Positions 1 to 9,451 are shown, counted from the stretch's first letter. The stretch is 64,000 nt of DNA from an uncultured Eubacteriales bacterium (GCA_934434925.1 CAKSAC010000004.1:67388-131387), one strand, 5' to 3'. Notes: generated from the sequence alone by a model not told the origin. Made by a program: numbers and translations.

Positions 1-306
1 ATGATTATTTACAAAATGCCTGAGTTCCCGCGCACAAGGCCCCGCAATTACCCCCAGAATCCGCCCTCGCTCCAAAAAATAAAAACACGGGGTCCTGTGC
101 GCCTCATCCGGAAATATCCGTGTGCGCTCATCCGGTGACATAACGGCAAAACTGAGTGCCGGATGGTGAAAAAGCAGCTCCCGCACCGCCTCGCCGAGCA
201 TTTCCCCGCGCTCCGCACAGCCGCTGTCGCCGCAAAGAAGCAGTAAGAGCGGATTTTTATCGATTATCGTCTCAAAATTCTCTGCCGTAATCCGTATGAC
301 CGTCAT
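1..306 (-). CDS. thioredoxin-fold protein, N-terminal part (gene runs off the left window edge)
   Basis: Not in the ORF track because it is open at the window edge. Reverse-strand ATG at 304-306 with AAGGAGAG RBS 8 nt upstream. Translation MTVIRITAENFETIIDKNPLLLLLCGDSGCAERGEML... has a thioredoxin-like layout but a non-canonical CGDSGC site. No stop before position 1. Confidence 0.45.
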   Translation of the reverse strand, partial: MTVIRITAENFETIIDKNPLLLLLCGDSGCAERGEMLGEAVRELLFHHPALSFAVMSPDERTRIFPDEAHRTPCFYFLERGRILGVIAGPCARELRHFVNNH

Positions 307-668
307 TTTTTGCTCTCCTTGCTGGAATATTTTTCCCCTTTTCGTCATACTGCGATTGTCAAGTGGCAAAACCATGAAATTTCAACTCGGGCACAAAAAA
401 GTTTTCAACAATCGACCTGTTGAAAATGTTTGCAACTTCTTCTTTACACAGGGGGATATGTGTGTGAAAAGTGGGAAAGGCGGGTTGTCTTTTGAGAGTT
501 TTCCACCGTTTTTCCGGGTTTTCCACCGAAAAATTGTTGATAACTCAAAAAAACGCGTTCTTGTGCAATTTGTACATAAGAAAAAAACCGCGCCGCAAAA
601 ATGAAATCTCATTGAATTTTTTGCGAAGATTCCGGGTAAAAAGATACAACAAAATCCTGCTCCGGGCC

Positions 669-697
669 TTTACATATTTCCGTAAATATGGTATACT
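669..697 (+). promoter_or_regulatory. sigma-70-type promoter TTTACA-17-TATACT with TG extension
   Basis: -35 at 669-674, 17-nt spacer, TGg-TATACT at 689-697. About 60 nt upstream of the CDS start at 760. Confidence 0.6.
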
Positions 698-759
698 GAT
701 ATGGTGGGACATTGACGGAAGTCCCGCGCCATGAATCTTCCGTTATAAAGGATACAGAT

Positions 760-1950
760 ATGGAAAGACTGATCGGAACTGTTTCGCGCGGGGTACGCGC
801 ACCCATTATCCGGAGTGGCGATGATATTGCCGCCATTGTGGTTGACAGTGTTCTGGCCGCCGCCAGGAGCAAAAATATTGAAATCCGTGACCGTGATGTG
901 ATTGCCGTCACGGAAGCCGTTGTGGCGCGCGCACAGGGCAACTACGCGACGGTTGACCAGATTGCGGCGGACGTGGCCGCCAAGTTCCCCGGCGGGCATA
1001 TCGGCGTTATTTTTCCGATTCTCAGCCGGAACCGCTTTTCAATCTGTCTGAAAGCAATTGCGCGCGGTGCCAAAAAAATCACGCTGATGCTCAGTTACCC
1101 GGCTGACGAGGTCGGCAACCATCTGATCAGTCTCGACGATTTGGATGCCGCCGGCATCAACCCCTTCTCCGACGTGCTGACCGAAGCGCGTTACCGCGAA
1201 CTTTTCGGTTTCCGGAAGCATACCTTCACCGGCGTGGATTATGTCGCGTATTACAAAGAGCTGATTGAAAGCCAGGATTGCGAAGTCGAAATCCTGCTGG
1301 CCAACGATTGCCGCGCCATCCTTCCCTATACAAAGGATGTCCTCACATGCGATATTCATACCCGCGCCCGCACCAAACGCCTTCTCGCAGCGGCGGGAGC
1401 CGGGATCGTGCTGGGATTGGATGACCTCATGACCGCTCCGGTGGACGGGAGCGGCTATAACCGGGATTACGGCCTTCTCGGCAGTAACAAAGCGACCGAA
1501 GACTCGGTAAAGCTCTTCCCGCGTGACGCACAGCCGATCGTTGACCGCATCGCCGCTGAGATTGAAAAAGCCACCGGTAAGCACGTGGAAGCCATGGTCT
1601 ACGGCGACGGCGCTTTTAAGGACCCCGTGGGGAAAATATGGGAGTTGGCAGACCCGGTTGTTTCCCCCTTCCATACGGAAGGCCTTGCCGGACAGCCGAA
1701 CGAAGTAAAGCTCAAATACCTGGCAGACAACAATTTTGCCGATCTTTCCGGAGACGCGCTGAAAGAAGCCGTCTCGGATTATATCCGCCGCAAAGACAAG
1801 GACCTTGTCGGGCAGATGGATTCCCAAGGAACCACCCCGCGCCGCCTGACCGACCTCATCGGCTCTCTCTGCGACCTGACTTCCGGCAGTGGCGACAAAG
1901 GCACGCCGATTGTCTGGATTCAGGGTTATTTCGATAATTATACCAACTGA
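760..1950 (+). CDS. F420-0:gamma-glutamyl ligase-like (CofE family) protein
   Basis: ORF track 712..1950. Start moved to ATG 760 (AAAGGA RBS), because the predicted TSS near 704 leaves no RBS for 712. GVRAPIIRSGDDIAAIVV...DVIAVTEAVVARAQG resembles the CofE-type ligase fold by eye. Confidence 0.65.
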   Translation: MERLIGTVSRGVRAPIIRSGDDIAAIVVDSVLAAARSKNIEIRDRDVIAVTEAVVARAQGNYATVDQIAADVAAKFPGGHIGVIFPILSRNRFSICLKAIARGAKKITLMLSYPADEVGNHLISLDDLDAAGINPFSDVLTEARYRELFGFRKHTFTGVDYVAYYKELIESQDCEVEILLANDCRAILPYTKDVLTCDIHTRARTKRLLAAAGAGIVLGLDDLMTAPVDGSGYNRDYGLLGSNKATEDSVKLFPRDAQPIVDRIAAEIEKATGKHVEAMVYGDGAFKDPVGKIWELADPVVSPFHTEGLAGQPNEVKLKYLADNNFADLSGDALKEAVSDYIRRKDKDLVGQMDSQGTTPRRLTDLIGSLCDLTSGSGDKGTPIVWIQGYFDNYTN

Positions 1951-1965
1951 TTTTTCGGTTTCCAT

Positions 1966-2005
1966 ACAAAAAACTCCGCTCGGAAGAACGGAGTTTTTGT
2001 TTTTC
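1966..2005. terminator. bidirectional rho-independent terminator
   Basis: Stem AACTCCG (1972-1978) / CGGAGTT (1989-1995), flanked by an A-run and T-runs, between convergent genes. Confidence 0.7.
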
Positions 2006-2008
2006 GGG

Positions 2009-2851
2009 TCAGAGGACCTTACTCAAAAATTCGCGCAAACGGGGGTTTTTCGGATGTTCAAAAAGTTCTTGCGGACTTCCCTCTTCGCAGATTTTCCCGC
2101 TGTCGATGAAAAGAACGCGGTCCGCAATCTCTCTCGCAAAACCCATTTCATGCGTGACAATCACCATCGTCATCCCCTCCTCGGCCAATTTTCGGATAAG
2201 GTCAAGCACCTCTCCGACCATCTCGGGGTCGAGTGCCGACGTCGGCTCGTCAAACAGGATGACCTGCGGATTCATCGCCAGGGCGCGGATGATGGCGATG
2301 CGCTGTTTCTGCCCGCCGGAAAGCGTGGAGGGATAGGCGTTTGCTTTTTCCTCCAGGCCGATCCTTTTCAAAAGTTCCATGGCCCTTTCATTGGCCTTTT
2401 CTTTGATCATCTTCCGGGTCTGCGTGATTTGAATCAACGGTTTTTTGTTTTTCCGGAACAGATTTGCAAAGGCGATACAGAAATTTTTGCATCTTTCCGC
2501 GCGGAGCTTCTTCAATCCGAAATAGACAGGTGCAAGCGTAATGTTTTTCAGCACCGTCTTATTATTGAACAGGTTGAACTGCTGAAACACCATGCCGATA
2601 TGTTCGCGGTGTTTGTTGATGTCCACTTTCATGTCGGCAATGTCCTCGCCGTCAAAGAAAATGTTCCCCCCGCTCGGGTCTTCCATGCAGTTCAGGCAAC
2701 GGAGAAATGTGCTTTTCCCGGAACCGGACGGGCCGATAACCGCCACTTTCTCCCCCTTTCGGATATCGGTGGAGATGTCTTCGAGAACCATCACATCGTC
2801 AAAACTTTTTTTCAGGTTTTTGACGCAAATAAGCGGTCTTTCGTTGTTCAT
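2009..2851 (-). CDS. polar amino acid ABC transporter ATP-binding protein (GlnQ/ArtP type) with internal insertion
   Basis: Walker [10 protein letters not shown], signature LSGGQKQR, Walker [13 protein letters not shown]-loop VTHEM. About 30 extra residues sit between the Q-loop region and the signature motif. Confidence 0.9.
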   Translation of the reverse strand: MNNERPLICVKNLKKSFDDVMVLEDISTDIRKGEKVAVIGPSGSGKSTFLRCLNCMEDPSGGNIFFDGEDIADMKVDINKHREHIGMVFQQFNLFNNKTVLKNITLAPVYFGLKKLRAERCKNFCIAFANLFRKNKKPLIQITQTRKMIKEKANERAMELLKRIGLEEKANAYPSTLSGGQKQRIAIIRALAMNPQVILFDEPTSALDPEMVGEVLDLIRKLAEEGMTMVIVTHEMGFAREIADRVLFIDSGKICEEGSPQELFEHPKNPRLREFLSKVL

Positions 2852-2852
2852 A

Positions 2853-3572
2853 TCACACCCCCGCTTTCTTTCGGTCGCTCTTGGCCATCAGTTTTTCCAG
2901 CCCCTTGACCATAAAAGTGATGGCAAGGACCAGCACGATATAAATGAAGGCCATAAAGAGATAAGGCATGACTGTATCGTAGTTTTTACTGCCTATTGCG
3001 CCGAGGGCGGTATACAGGTCGTACACCGTGATAAAACTCAGCACCGACGTTTCCTTAATCAGCGTGATGAACTCATTCCCGAGCGTCGGAAGAATATTTT
3101 TGACCGCCTGCGGCACTACAATTTTCAGCATGGTGACAGCATAACCGAGACCGAGCGCACGCCCTGCTTCCATCTGCCCTTTATCAACCGAATTGATTCC
3201 GCTCCGCATGACCTCGGAAACATAAGCGCCGCTGTTCATGCCGAATACCGCAATACCGACGTTGATCGCCTCCACGCCCCTGATCCCCAATACGGGCAGA
3301 AGAACATAATAAGCGATCAATAGCTGTACCACCATCGGCGTTCCCCGGAATATCGCGACATAAACATCGCAGATCTTATCCAGGGCTTTCGGCAATTTTT
3401 TATATTTCGGCATGACTTTCACAACGGCGATTACCGTGCCGATAAAAATCCCGATGATCAGACCGAGCACGGCAATTTTCACCGTGTTGATCAGCCCTTG
3501 AAAGAACAGTTTCCTGTAAAACTCTCCAGAGAGCGTTTCCCAAAAAACCTTCCATTTTACTCCCCAATTCAT
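2853..3572 (-). CDS. amino acid ABC transporter permease (His/Glu/Gln/Arg/opine family)
   Basis: Multi-TM protein with EAA-type loop [23 protein letters not shown]. The track start at 3602 is a GTG without an RBS, so ATG 3572 (GAGGGA upstream) is preferred. Confidence 0.85.
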   Translation of the reverse strand: MNWGVKWKVFWETLSGEFYRKLFFQGLINTVKIAVLGLIIGIFIGTVIAVVKVMPKYKKLPKALDKICDVYVAIFRGTPMVVQLLIAYYVLLPVLGIRGVEAINVGIAVFGMNSGAYVSEVMRSGINSVDKGQMEAGRALGLGYAVTMLKIVVPQAVKNILPTLGNEFITLIKETSVLSFITVYDLYTALGAIGSKNYDTVMPYLFMAFIYIVLVLAITFMVKGLEKLMAKSDRKKAGV

Positions 3573-3632
3573 AAATCCCTCTTCATCGCAAAAGTTTCCC
3601 ACAATATGCTTGTGGGAAATTTTGCATTTTTA

Positions 3633-4496
3633 TTATTTGTTTTTGTTGAGCGCCGTTACGATGGCTGCTGCGGGAGCCGCGTCTACGACCACGGCATACA
3701 GGTTTCCGTTCAGCATATCGTTTGCCGCGGCGACGGCGGTGGAGTAACCCTTTCCGCTGATGTTCTTGAATCCTGCAAAGCCCCAATCGGCATCGCCGTT
3801 GATGTAGAGGCCGCCGGTCGTACCGGTCTGGAACCCGATCTTCTTATCCACAAGCCCTTTGAGGACGGCTTCAACCTCTTCAACCGTCTTGCAGTTGTCA
3901 AAATCCGTGCAACTGGCCGGAACAATCAGTTTCTGGGAAGCGTTATAGTATTCGGTCGTGAAATCGTTCAGTGCCAGACGAGATTCACTGACGGTAATCC
4001 CGGCCATACCGATATCGGCATATCCCGTGTCAACCTGTGTGAAGATTGCGTCAAATTCAATGTTTTTGATGACAAGCTCCAGATTCTTTTCTTTTGCGTA
4101 GGCCGCGGCAATCTCGATATCGAGGCCGTAAGCCTTACCATCATCGCCGAGGTATTCAAAAGGTTCAAACGGGCAGTTGGTTGCCACGATGAGGTTGGTT
4201 TCGTTGTTGGCAACGCTACCGGTCGCTATCGGGTATCCGACCTTTTCGCCTTCATTCTTGAAGTACTTGGCCACATACTTGTCAAATTCGCCGTTCTCCT
4301 TGATCTTCGCAAGAAACGCGTTGAAGTCCGACTGCAACTGCGTGTTCCCCTTCTTCACGACAAAGGCATACTTTTCGTCCGTGAGGTTCACATCCACGAT
4401 TTTGAGTTTTTCCTGTTCGGTGCCACAGGAGGCAAGCGCAAGCACGCCGGTGAGGACCATCAGCAAACACAGTGCCAGGGAAATAATCTTTTTCAT
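3633..4496 (-). CDS. amino acid ABC transporter substrate-binding lipoprotein
   Basis: Start set at MKKIISLALCLLMVLTGVLALASCG (lipobox LASC) with AAAGGAGAAAAG RBS. Family-3 SBP-like body. Forms an operon with the permease and ATPase. Confidence 0.85.
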   Translation of the reverse strand: MKKIISLALCLLMVLTGVLALASCGTEQEKLKIVDVNLTDEKYAFVVKKGNTQLQSDFNAFLAKIKENGEFDKYVAKYFKNEGEKVGYPIATGSVANNETNLIVATNCPFEPFEYLGDDGKAYGLDIEIAAAYAKEKNLELVIKNIEFDAIFTQVDTGYADIGMAGITVSESRLALNDFTTEYYNASQKLIVPASCTDFDNCKTVEEVEAVLKGLVDKKIGFQTGTTGGLYINGDADWGFAGFKNISGKGYSTAVAAANDMLNGNLYAVVVDAAPAAAIVTALNKNK

Positions 4497-4542
4497 TTTC
4501 TTTTCTCCTTTGCGGTTAACCGCGATTTGTTTTGATGGCATT

Positions 4543-4571
4543 ATTGTACAGCATAAATATTCATCTGTCAA
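4543..4571 (-). promoter_or_regulatory. sigma-70 promoter TTGACA-17-TACAAT for the ABC transporter operon
   Basis: Reverse strand: -35 TTGACA (4566-4571), 17-nt spacer, -10 TACAAT (4543-4548). About 45 nt upstream of the start at 4496. Confidence 0.7.
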
Positions 4572-4876
4572 GCCTTTTTTCAAATATTTTTTCATTTTTG
4601 TATTTTCGTGAAAAATGGTTTGTTAAGTTTTCGTTTTTTGTGCATATTGAACATATTTTTCGGCTTTTTTCTTTTCCAGTCGCTGAAACATTTTGCTCAA
4701 ACGCTTTTATATCCGTCTTTTAGAATGAATAATATTCATTATATTCATTTTCATTCGGCGAAAATCTTCGCGCGTCTTCGTAAAATGCGAATGACCGTTT
4801 GATAACCGCCGCGGCAGCGTCTGCCCGTTTTTTGGCAAAACTCTACCTAATTATATAAAATAATCGGCTAAACTCC

Positions 4877-4905
4877 TTGCTTTCCCCCGGGTTATGTGGT
4901 ATAGT
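4877..4905 (+). promoter_or_regulatory. sigma-70 promoter TTGCTT-17-TATAGT (TG-extended) for guaB
   Basis: -35 at 4877-4882, TGg at 4897-4899, -10 at 4900-4905. Leaves a leader of only about 20 nt before the GAGGAG RBS. Confidence 0.65.
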
Positions 4906-4932
4906 AATAAAAAATGAAATGAGGAGCAGTGT

Positions 4933-6435
4933 ATGGCTACTTTTTACGATGAACCTTCCCGCACTTTTAACGAGTATTTGCTCATTCCGGGCTATTCCTC
5001 CAAGGATTGTGTTCCCGCCAATGTCAGTCTTCGCACCCCGCTCGTGAAATTCCGCCGGGGAGAAGAACCCGCGCTTTCTCTCAATACGCCCCTGACCTCT
5101 GCCATTATGCAATCGGTATCCGGCGAGGCGCTGGCCATTGCGCTGGCGCGTGAAGGGGGCGTTTCTTTCATATTCGGCGCGCAGTCCGTGGAGGATGAAG
5201 CGGCCATGGTCGCACGAGTCAAGTCCTATAAAGCCGGATTTGTCCGGAGCGATTCCAATCTCCGCCCCGACCAGACGCTTGCCGACGTACTGGCGCTCAA
5301 ACAGCGCACCGGCCATTCCACCGTTGCCATCACCGAAAACGGCGAGGCGGACGGCCGCCTCATGGGCATCGTGACCGGACGTGACTACCGCATCAGCCGG
5401 ATGGACCTCGCAACCCCGATTTCGGAATTCATGACCCCGAGAGCCAAGCTGATCACCGCGCCGGAAGGAACTTCCCTGAAAGAAGCCAACGATATTATCT
5501 GGGATCACAAACTCAATTCTCTGCCCATCGTCAACGAACGCGATGAACTGCTCTATTTTGTTTTCCGTAAGGACTATGACACGCACAAAATGAACCCCCT
5601 TGAGTCCTTGGATCGGGATAAACGCTATCTCGTCGGCGCCGGTATCAACACCCGCGACTATGAGACGCGCGTTCCCGCCCTTCTGGAAGCGGGAGCGGAC
5701 GTGCTCTGCATCGATTCTTCGGAAGGTTTTACCGAATGGCAAAAGATCACGATTGATTTCATCCGTGAAAAATACGGTGACAGCGTCAAAGTCGGCGCCG
5801 GAAACGTAGTGGATCGCGACGGGTTCCGGTATCTGGCCGAATGCGGTGCCGACTTCGTCAAAGTCGGTATCGGGGGCGGTTCGATCTGCATTACGCGCGA
5901 GACGAAGGGGATTGGCCGCGGACAAGCCACCGCGCTGATCGAAGTCTGCCGGGAGCGCGATGCTTATTTCAAAGAAACCGGCGTCTATATTCCCGTATGC
6001 TCGGATGGCGGTATCGTGCATGACCACCATATGACGCTGGCCCTCGCTATGGGTGCCGATTTTCTGATGCTCGGGCGGTATTTTGCCCGGTTTGACGAAG
6101 CACCCGGCGGGAAAGTCAATGTGAACGGCACTCTGATGAAAGAGTATTGGGGCGAAGGCTCCAGCCGCGCCCGCAACTGGCAACGATACGACCTCGGCGG
6201 CGCGACCAAACTTTCCTTTGAAGAGGGTGTGGATTCGTATGTTCCCTATGCCGGAAAGCTCTCCGATAATGTACAGCTCTCTCTCGCCAAAGTACGTTCC
6301 ACTATGTGCAACTGCGGTGCGCTCACAATCCCCGAGTTGCAGCAAAAAGCCAAACTGACGCTTGTTTCTTCCGTCAGCATTGTCGAAGGCGGTGCGCATG
6401 ATGTTCAGCTCAAAACACCGACCAACAAACTCTGA
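4933..6435 (+). CDS. guaB: IMP dehydrogenase
   Basis: 500 aa. Catalytic loop [16 protein letters not shown]-pair region and a typical N-terminus ([17 protein letters not shown]). Confidence 0.93.
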   Translation: MATFYDEPSRTFNEYLLIPGYSSKDCVPANVSLRTPLVKFRRGEEPALSLNTPLTSAIMQSVSGEALAIALAREGGVSFIFGAQSVEDEAAMVARVKSYKAGFVRSDSNLRPDQTLADVLALKQRTGHSTVAITENGEADGRLMGIVTGRDYRISRMDLATPISEFMTPRAKLITAPEGTSLKEANDIIWDHKLNSLPIVNERDELLYFVFRKDYDTHKMNPLESLDRDKRYLVGAGINTRDYETRVPALLEAGADVLCIDSSEGFTEWQKITIDFIREKYGDSVKVGAGNVVDRDGFRYLAECGADFVKVGIGGGSICITRETKGIGRGQATALIEVCRERDAYFKETGVYIPVCSDGGIVHDHHMTLALAMGADFLMLGRYFARFDEAPGGKVNVNGTLMKEYWGEGSSRARNWQRYDLGGATKLSFEEGVDSYVPYAGKLSDNVQLSLAKVRSTMCNCGALTIPELQQKAKLTLVSSVSIVEGGAHDVQLKTPTNKL

Positions 6436-6471
6436 TTGACCATAGATCTTTCAAACCGAAAGGGTATCATC

Positions 6472-8460
6472 ATGAAAAACAAATTATACACCGTCAAAGC
6501 GGAAACCGACCGGGTTGAAATTTTCCGCCATGATACGCTGTTTGCCACTATACCGGCGGCATTCACACTCGGAAACCGGACGCATATCCTGTCAAGGAAG
6601 AGAAAAAACGCAAAAACCGCCGTTTTTGGCGACGGAATGGCCGAAATGCACTTTCTTTTTGCGGAAGACGACATCGAAGTACGGACTTTTCTTGCCTGCC
6701 CGGAAGAATTACGCGTGACCGAAACACGCCTTTTCACCAACCGGAAAACCGGGCTTTCCCTGCCGGGATTTGATCGGGCTTTCACACCGCAACCGCGCAA
6801 CAATGACCTGAGCAACTGCTCCAACACGCTGAACCTTCCGGACCTGTCGCTCAACGGATACCATTATCCGCCGATCCTGAACTTTTCTATCGGTTCGCCG
6901 GCCGGCTGGCTTTCGGTGGGGTTGCTTGACATTCCCGACACCAAGCAGTGCCGTCTCGAAGCGGGCGGAGCCTTTTTGGTCGAGAGCTGCGGAGGAAACA
7001 AAGTGATTCCGGCCGGCGGTGTCTATCAACCGCCCCGCATCCTCTTCTCTTTTCCGGCGGATGAGTTTGACGGAATTCGTCTCTTCCGCGAAAAACTCAA
7101 AGAACGCGGGCTATATAAACCCCAACGCCCTACCTTCCAACAGTTGCCGGCCTTTTGGAAATATCCGCAGTTCTGCACCTACGGCGATCAGCTGAATGAA
7201 CGGCGGGTCGGGCAGAAGATCGATACAGACTGGGTCCGCGCCTTCGTTGATCGCGGGGAAAAGGATTACGGCGTTTCACATATGATGGTGTGCATCGACG
7301 ACTCCTGGCAATTGCCCCACTCGATCGAACCGGCGGCAGACCTCGCGCGCTTCCCGGATCTGCGGGGGTTGATTGACGAATTGCACGAACGCGGCCACCG
7401 CGTAATGCTCTGGTATACGCCCCTTTTTGAAAAGGTGACAAACGGGTTTGAAACACGGGCGCAAAAGGAAGGCCTGGTAACTTCCGACCTGATGACAGGG
7501 GTCTATTTTGACGAATTCCCCGGAACCTACGCCCTGGATTATACGCATGACAATGCCGAACGCTTCTTGCGGGAAACGGCAGAAATTCTCTTCGGCGACG
7601 GGGAGGGCCAGTTCAATGCCGACGCGGTGAAACTTGACTTCCTCGGCAATATTCGCGACCCTGCAGATGCCGCCGGCGGCTACGCCCATCCCGAACGCGG
7701 CCTCGGCATGCGGGAGCTTTATCACTACTTTACGCTGTTCGGCGAGGCGGCGCATCGCGTCAAACCCGACGCCCTCATCAATGCGACAACGAGTGAGCCG
7801 CGCTTTGAACATCTGATCGATGTCTCCCGCCTGCACGATACGCACAGCGGCGAAGTGGAAAAAGAGCGGCGCGCACGTATTATGTCACTGGCCTGCCCCG
7901 ATCTGCCGATTGACACCGACGGGGCGCTTATGTTCCCTTCCTGGATTCACCGCAACTATATCTCTACCGCGGTCTGCGGAATTCCTTCCAATTATTACAC
8001 CTACGCCTACGGAAATACGGAAGGAACCATCAGCGACGCGGAAAAAAAGAGCATCGGCGCTCTGATGCAGTTAACTGCGTTGCGCCCGACCGGAACCCCG
8101 GTCACGGACGGACACGGAAACTGGAAACTGCTGGATAAAGACGGCCGTGTGAATGCCGAGACTTTCGGCGGAGAATCGGTGGTCTATTACCCGACGGAAG
8201 CGGGCGGGATCGGTTATATCTTTTCTTTCCTCGGCGAAACGCTGACATTCCCCCTGCACGGCCGGCACTTCTCAGCTCTGACTCCGGCTCCGCAAAGGGA
8301 TTTTCTGGTAGTGGACTATGCGCGCGATCAGGTGACGGCTTATTGGAAAGCCGGCGTGGTATACAGTTTCCGCGATCTGGATGACGGGAATTCGCTCGAC
8401 GAGCAATTCCGCAAAACGGGCGGTGAAACAAAAGAAGAGACGGTGAACTATGTAAACTAA
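6472..8460 (+). CDS. putative clan GH-D-like glycoside hydrolase (alpha-galactosidase-like TIM barrel), function unknown
   Basis: Start at MKNKLYTV (AAAGGG RBS). MMVCIDDSWQ and AVKLDFLGN resemble the DDGW / K-x-D motifs of GH27/36-type enzymes. The rest is unrecognised. Confidence 0.45.
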   Translation: MKNKLYTVKAETDRVEIFRHDTLFATIPAAFTLGNRTHILSRKRKNAKTAVFGDGMAEMHFLFAEDDIEVRTFLACPEELRVTETRLFTNRKTGLSLPGFDRAFTPQPRNNDLSNCSNTLNLPDLSLNGYHYPPILNFSIGSPAGWLSVGLLDIPDTKQCRLEAGGAFLVESCGGNKVIPAGGVYQPPRILFSFPADEFDGIRLFREKLKERGLYKPQRPTFQQLPAFWKYPQFCTYGDQLNERRVGQKIDTDWVRAFVDRGEKDYGVSHMMVCIDDSWQLPHSIEPAADLARFPDLRGLIDELHERGHRVMLWYTPLFEKVTNGFETRAQKEGLVTSDLMTGVYFDEFPGTYALDYTHDNAERFLRETAEILFGDGEGQFNADAVKLDFLGNIRDPADAAGGYAHPERGLGMRELYHYFTLFGEAAHRVKPDALINATTSEPRFEHLIDVSRLHDTHSGEVEKERRARIMSLACPDLPIDTDGALMFPSWIHRNYISTAVCGIPSNYYTYAYGNTEGTISDAEKKSIGALMQLTALRPTGTPVTDGHGNWKLLDKDGRVNAETFGGESVVYYPTEAGGIGYIFSFLGETLTFPLHGRHFSALTPAPQRDFLVVDYARDQVTAYWKAGVVYSFRDLDDGNSLDEQFRKTGGETKEETVNYVN

Positions 8461-8482
8461 CCCCTGAAAGGTTTTGTTTTTC

Positions 8483-9265
8483 ATGGATTCTGTTGTCCTT
8501 TCCGGACTTTTTCTCCCTTTTTTCGGCACAACGCTCGGGGCGTTCTGCGTCTTCTTCATGAAAAAAAACATCAGCCGCCGCCTTTGCAGCTGCCTGAACG
8601 GTTTTGCTTCCGGCGTGATGGTGGCGGCTTCCATCTGGAGTCTGCTGATTCCCGCGATGGAAAATGCCGCCGCAATGGGGCGGCTTTGCTTTATTCCCGC
8701 TGTAAGCGGGTTGATCCTCGGCTTTCTTTTCCTGCTTCTGATTGACCGTATCATTCCGCATTTACACATGGGAAGCGAAACATCGGAGGGGCCGCGCACC
8801 CATCTTTCTTCCACGGCTATGCTGACCTTGGCCGTCACCATCCATAATCTCCCCGAAGGGCTGGCAGTCGGGGTGGCGGTGGCGGGGTATCTCTTCGGAG
8901 CCGGGGAAATTTCAGCGGCGGCCGTGATCTCTCTTTCCCTCGGCATAGCCATACAGAACTTTCCCGAGGGAGCCATCATTTCTCTCCCCCTGCAAGGAAA
9001 CGGGATGAATAAGCGACGCGCTTTCGGGGCCGGGTTCCTCTCCGGGGTCGTAGAACCGATCGGTGCGGGATTCACTCTCCTTGCCGCCCCGCTGGTCATC
9101 CCCGCTCTCCCGTACCTTCTCTCTTTCGCCGCCGGAGCCATGCTCTATGTAGTGGTGGAAGAACTGGTTCCGGAAATGGCGCGGGATGGGGGAGAAAACG
9201 CCGGAGTACTTTGCTTTTCCTTCGGGTTTTCCCTTATGATGGCGCTGGACGTTGCGCTCGGCTGA
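8483..9265 (+). CDS. ZIP family metal (zinc) transporter
   Basis: Multi-TM protein with the HNLPEGLAVG signature. The track start at 8474 is a TTG only 2 nt from the RBS-like GAAAGG, so ATG 8483 is preferred. Confidence 0.85.
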   Translation: MDSVVLSGLFLPFFGTTLGAFCVFFMKKNISRRLCSCLNGFASGVMVAASIWSLLIPAMENAAAMGRLCFIPAVSGLILGFLFLLLIDRIIPHLHMGSETSEGPRTHLSSTAMLTLAVTIHNLPEGLAVGVAVAGYLFGAGEISAAAVISLSLGIAIQNFPEGAIISLPLQGNGMNKRRAFGAGFLSGVVEPIGAGFTLLAAPLVIPALPYLLSFAAGAMLYVVVEELVPEMARDGGENAGVLCFSFGFSLMMALDVALG

Positions 9266-9345
9266 CCCCGTCGCAAAATAAGACGCTGCGTTCTTTCTGC
9301 CCGAGCCGGACTGCCGCCGGTGCTAAAAAGACAGTCTTCGATAAT

Positions 9346-9378
9346 AAAAACAGAGGCCGTTTTTGCCTCTGTTTTTGC
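9346..9378. terminator. bidirectional rho-independent terminator
   Basis: Stem CAGAGGC (9351-9357) / GCCTCTG (9365-9371) with an A-run before and a T-run after, between convergent genes. Confidence 0.7.
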
Positions 9379-9451
9379 GTTTTCGTCATTTTTGTATTGC
9401 GAGTGTTCCGGAAATTGCACAATATATTGTGATATATCGCAGGCGGCCGGG

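Noticed and set aside
402-660. Replication origin (oriC).
   Set aside because: DnaA-box-like 9-mers are present, but there is no dnaA/dnaN, no clear AT-rich unwinding element, and the boxes are imperfect. Kept only as a low-confidence DnaA-box-cluster finding.
4608-4802. 64-aa hydrophobic ORF in the AT-rich spacer, followed by a weak hairpin GGCAG-cgt-CTGCC + T6 at about 4817-4838.
   Set aside because: GTG start with no RBS. The composition bias of AT-rich promoter DNA explains the Phe/Leu/Ile content. The hairpin has only a 5-bp stem.
4800-4932. Purine/guanine riboswitch upstream of guaB.
   Set aside because: The predicted promoter leaves a leader of about 20 nt, and no riboswitch-like conserved junction sequences are seen.
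4843-6399. 518-aa ORF antisense to guaB. Similar long mirror ORFs lie antisense to lacZ (16410..19544), the LarA-like gene (19905..21257), gnd (22065..23567), adhE (46208..47137, 47489..48892), hydS (50239..51495), hydA/PP2C (52637..53944), the zinc-ribbon/DUF4432 genes (14706..16301), tyrS (34930..36291) and htrA (40178..41341).
   Set aside because: Each overlaps, on the opposite strand, a protein with unmistakable family motifs. The mirror translations are Arg/Gly/Ala-rich low-complexity strings with no motifs, as expected for stop-poor antisense frames in GC-rich coding DNA.
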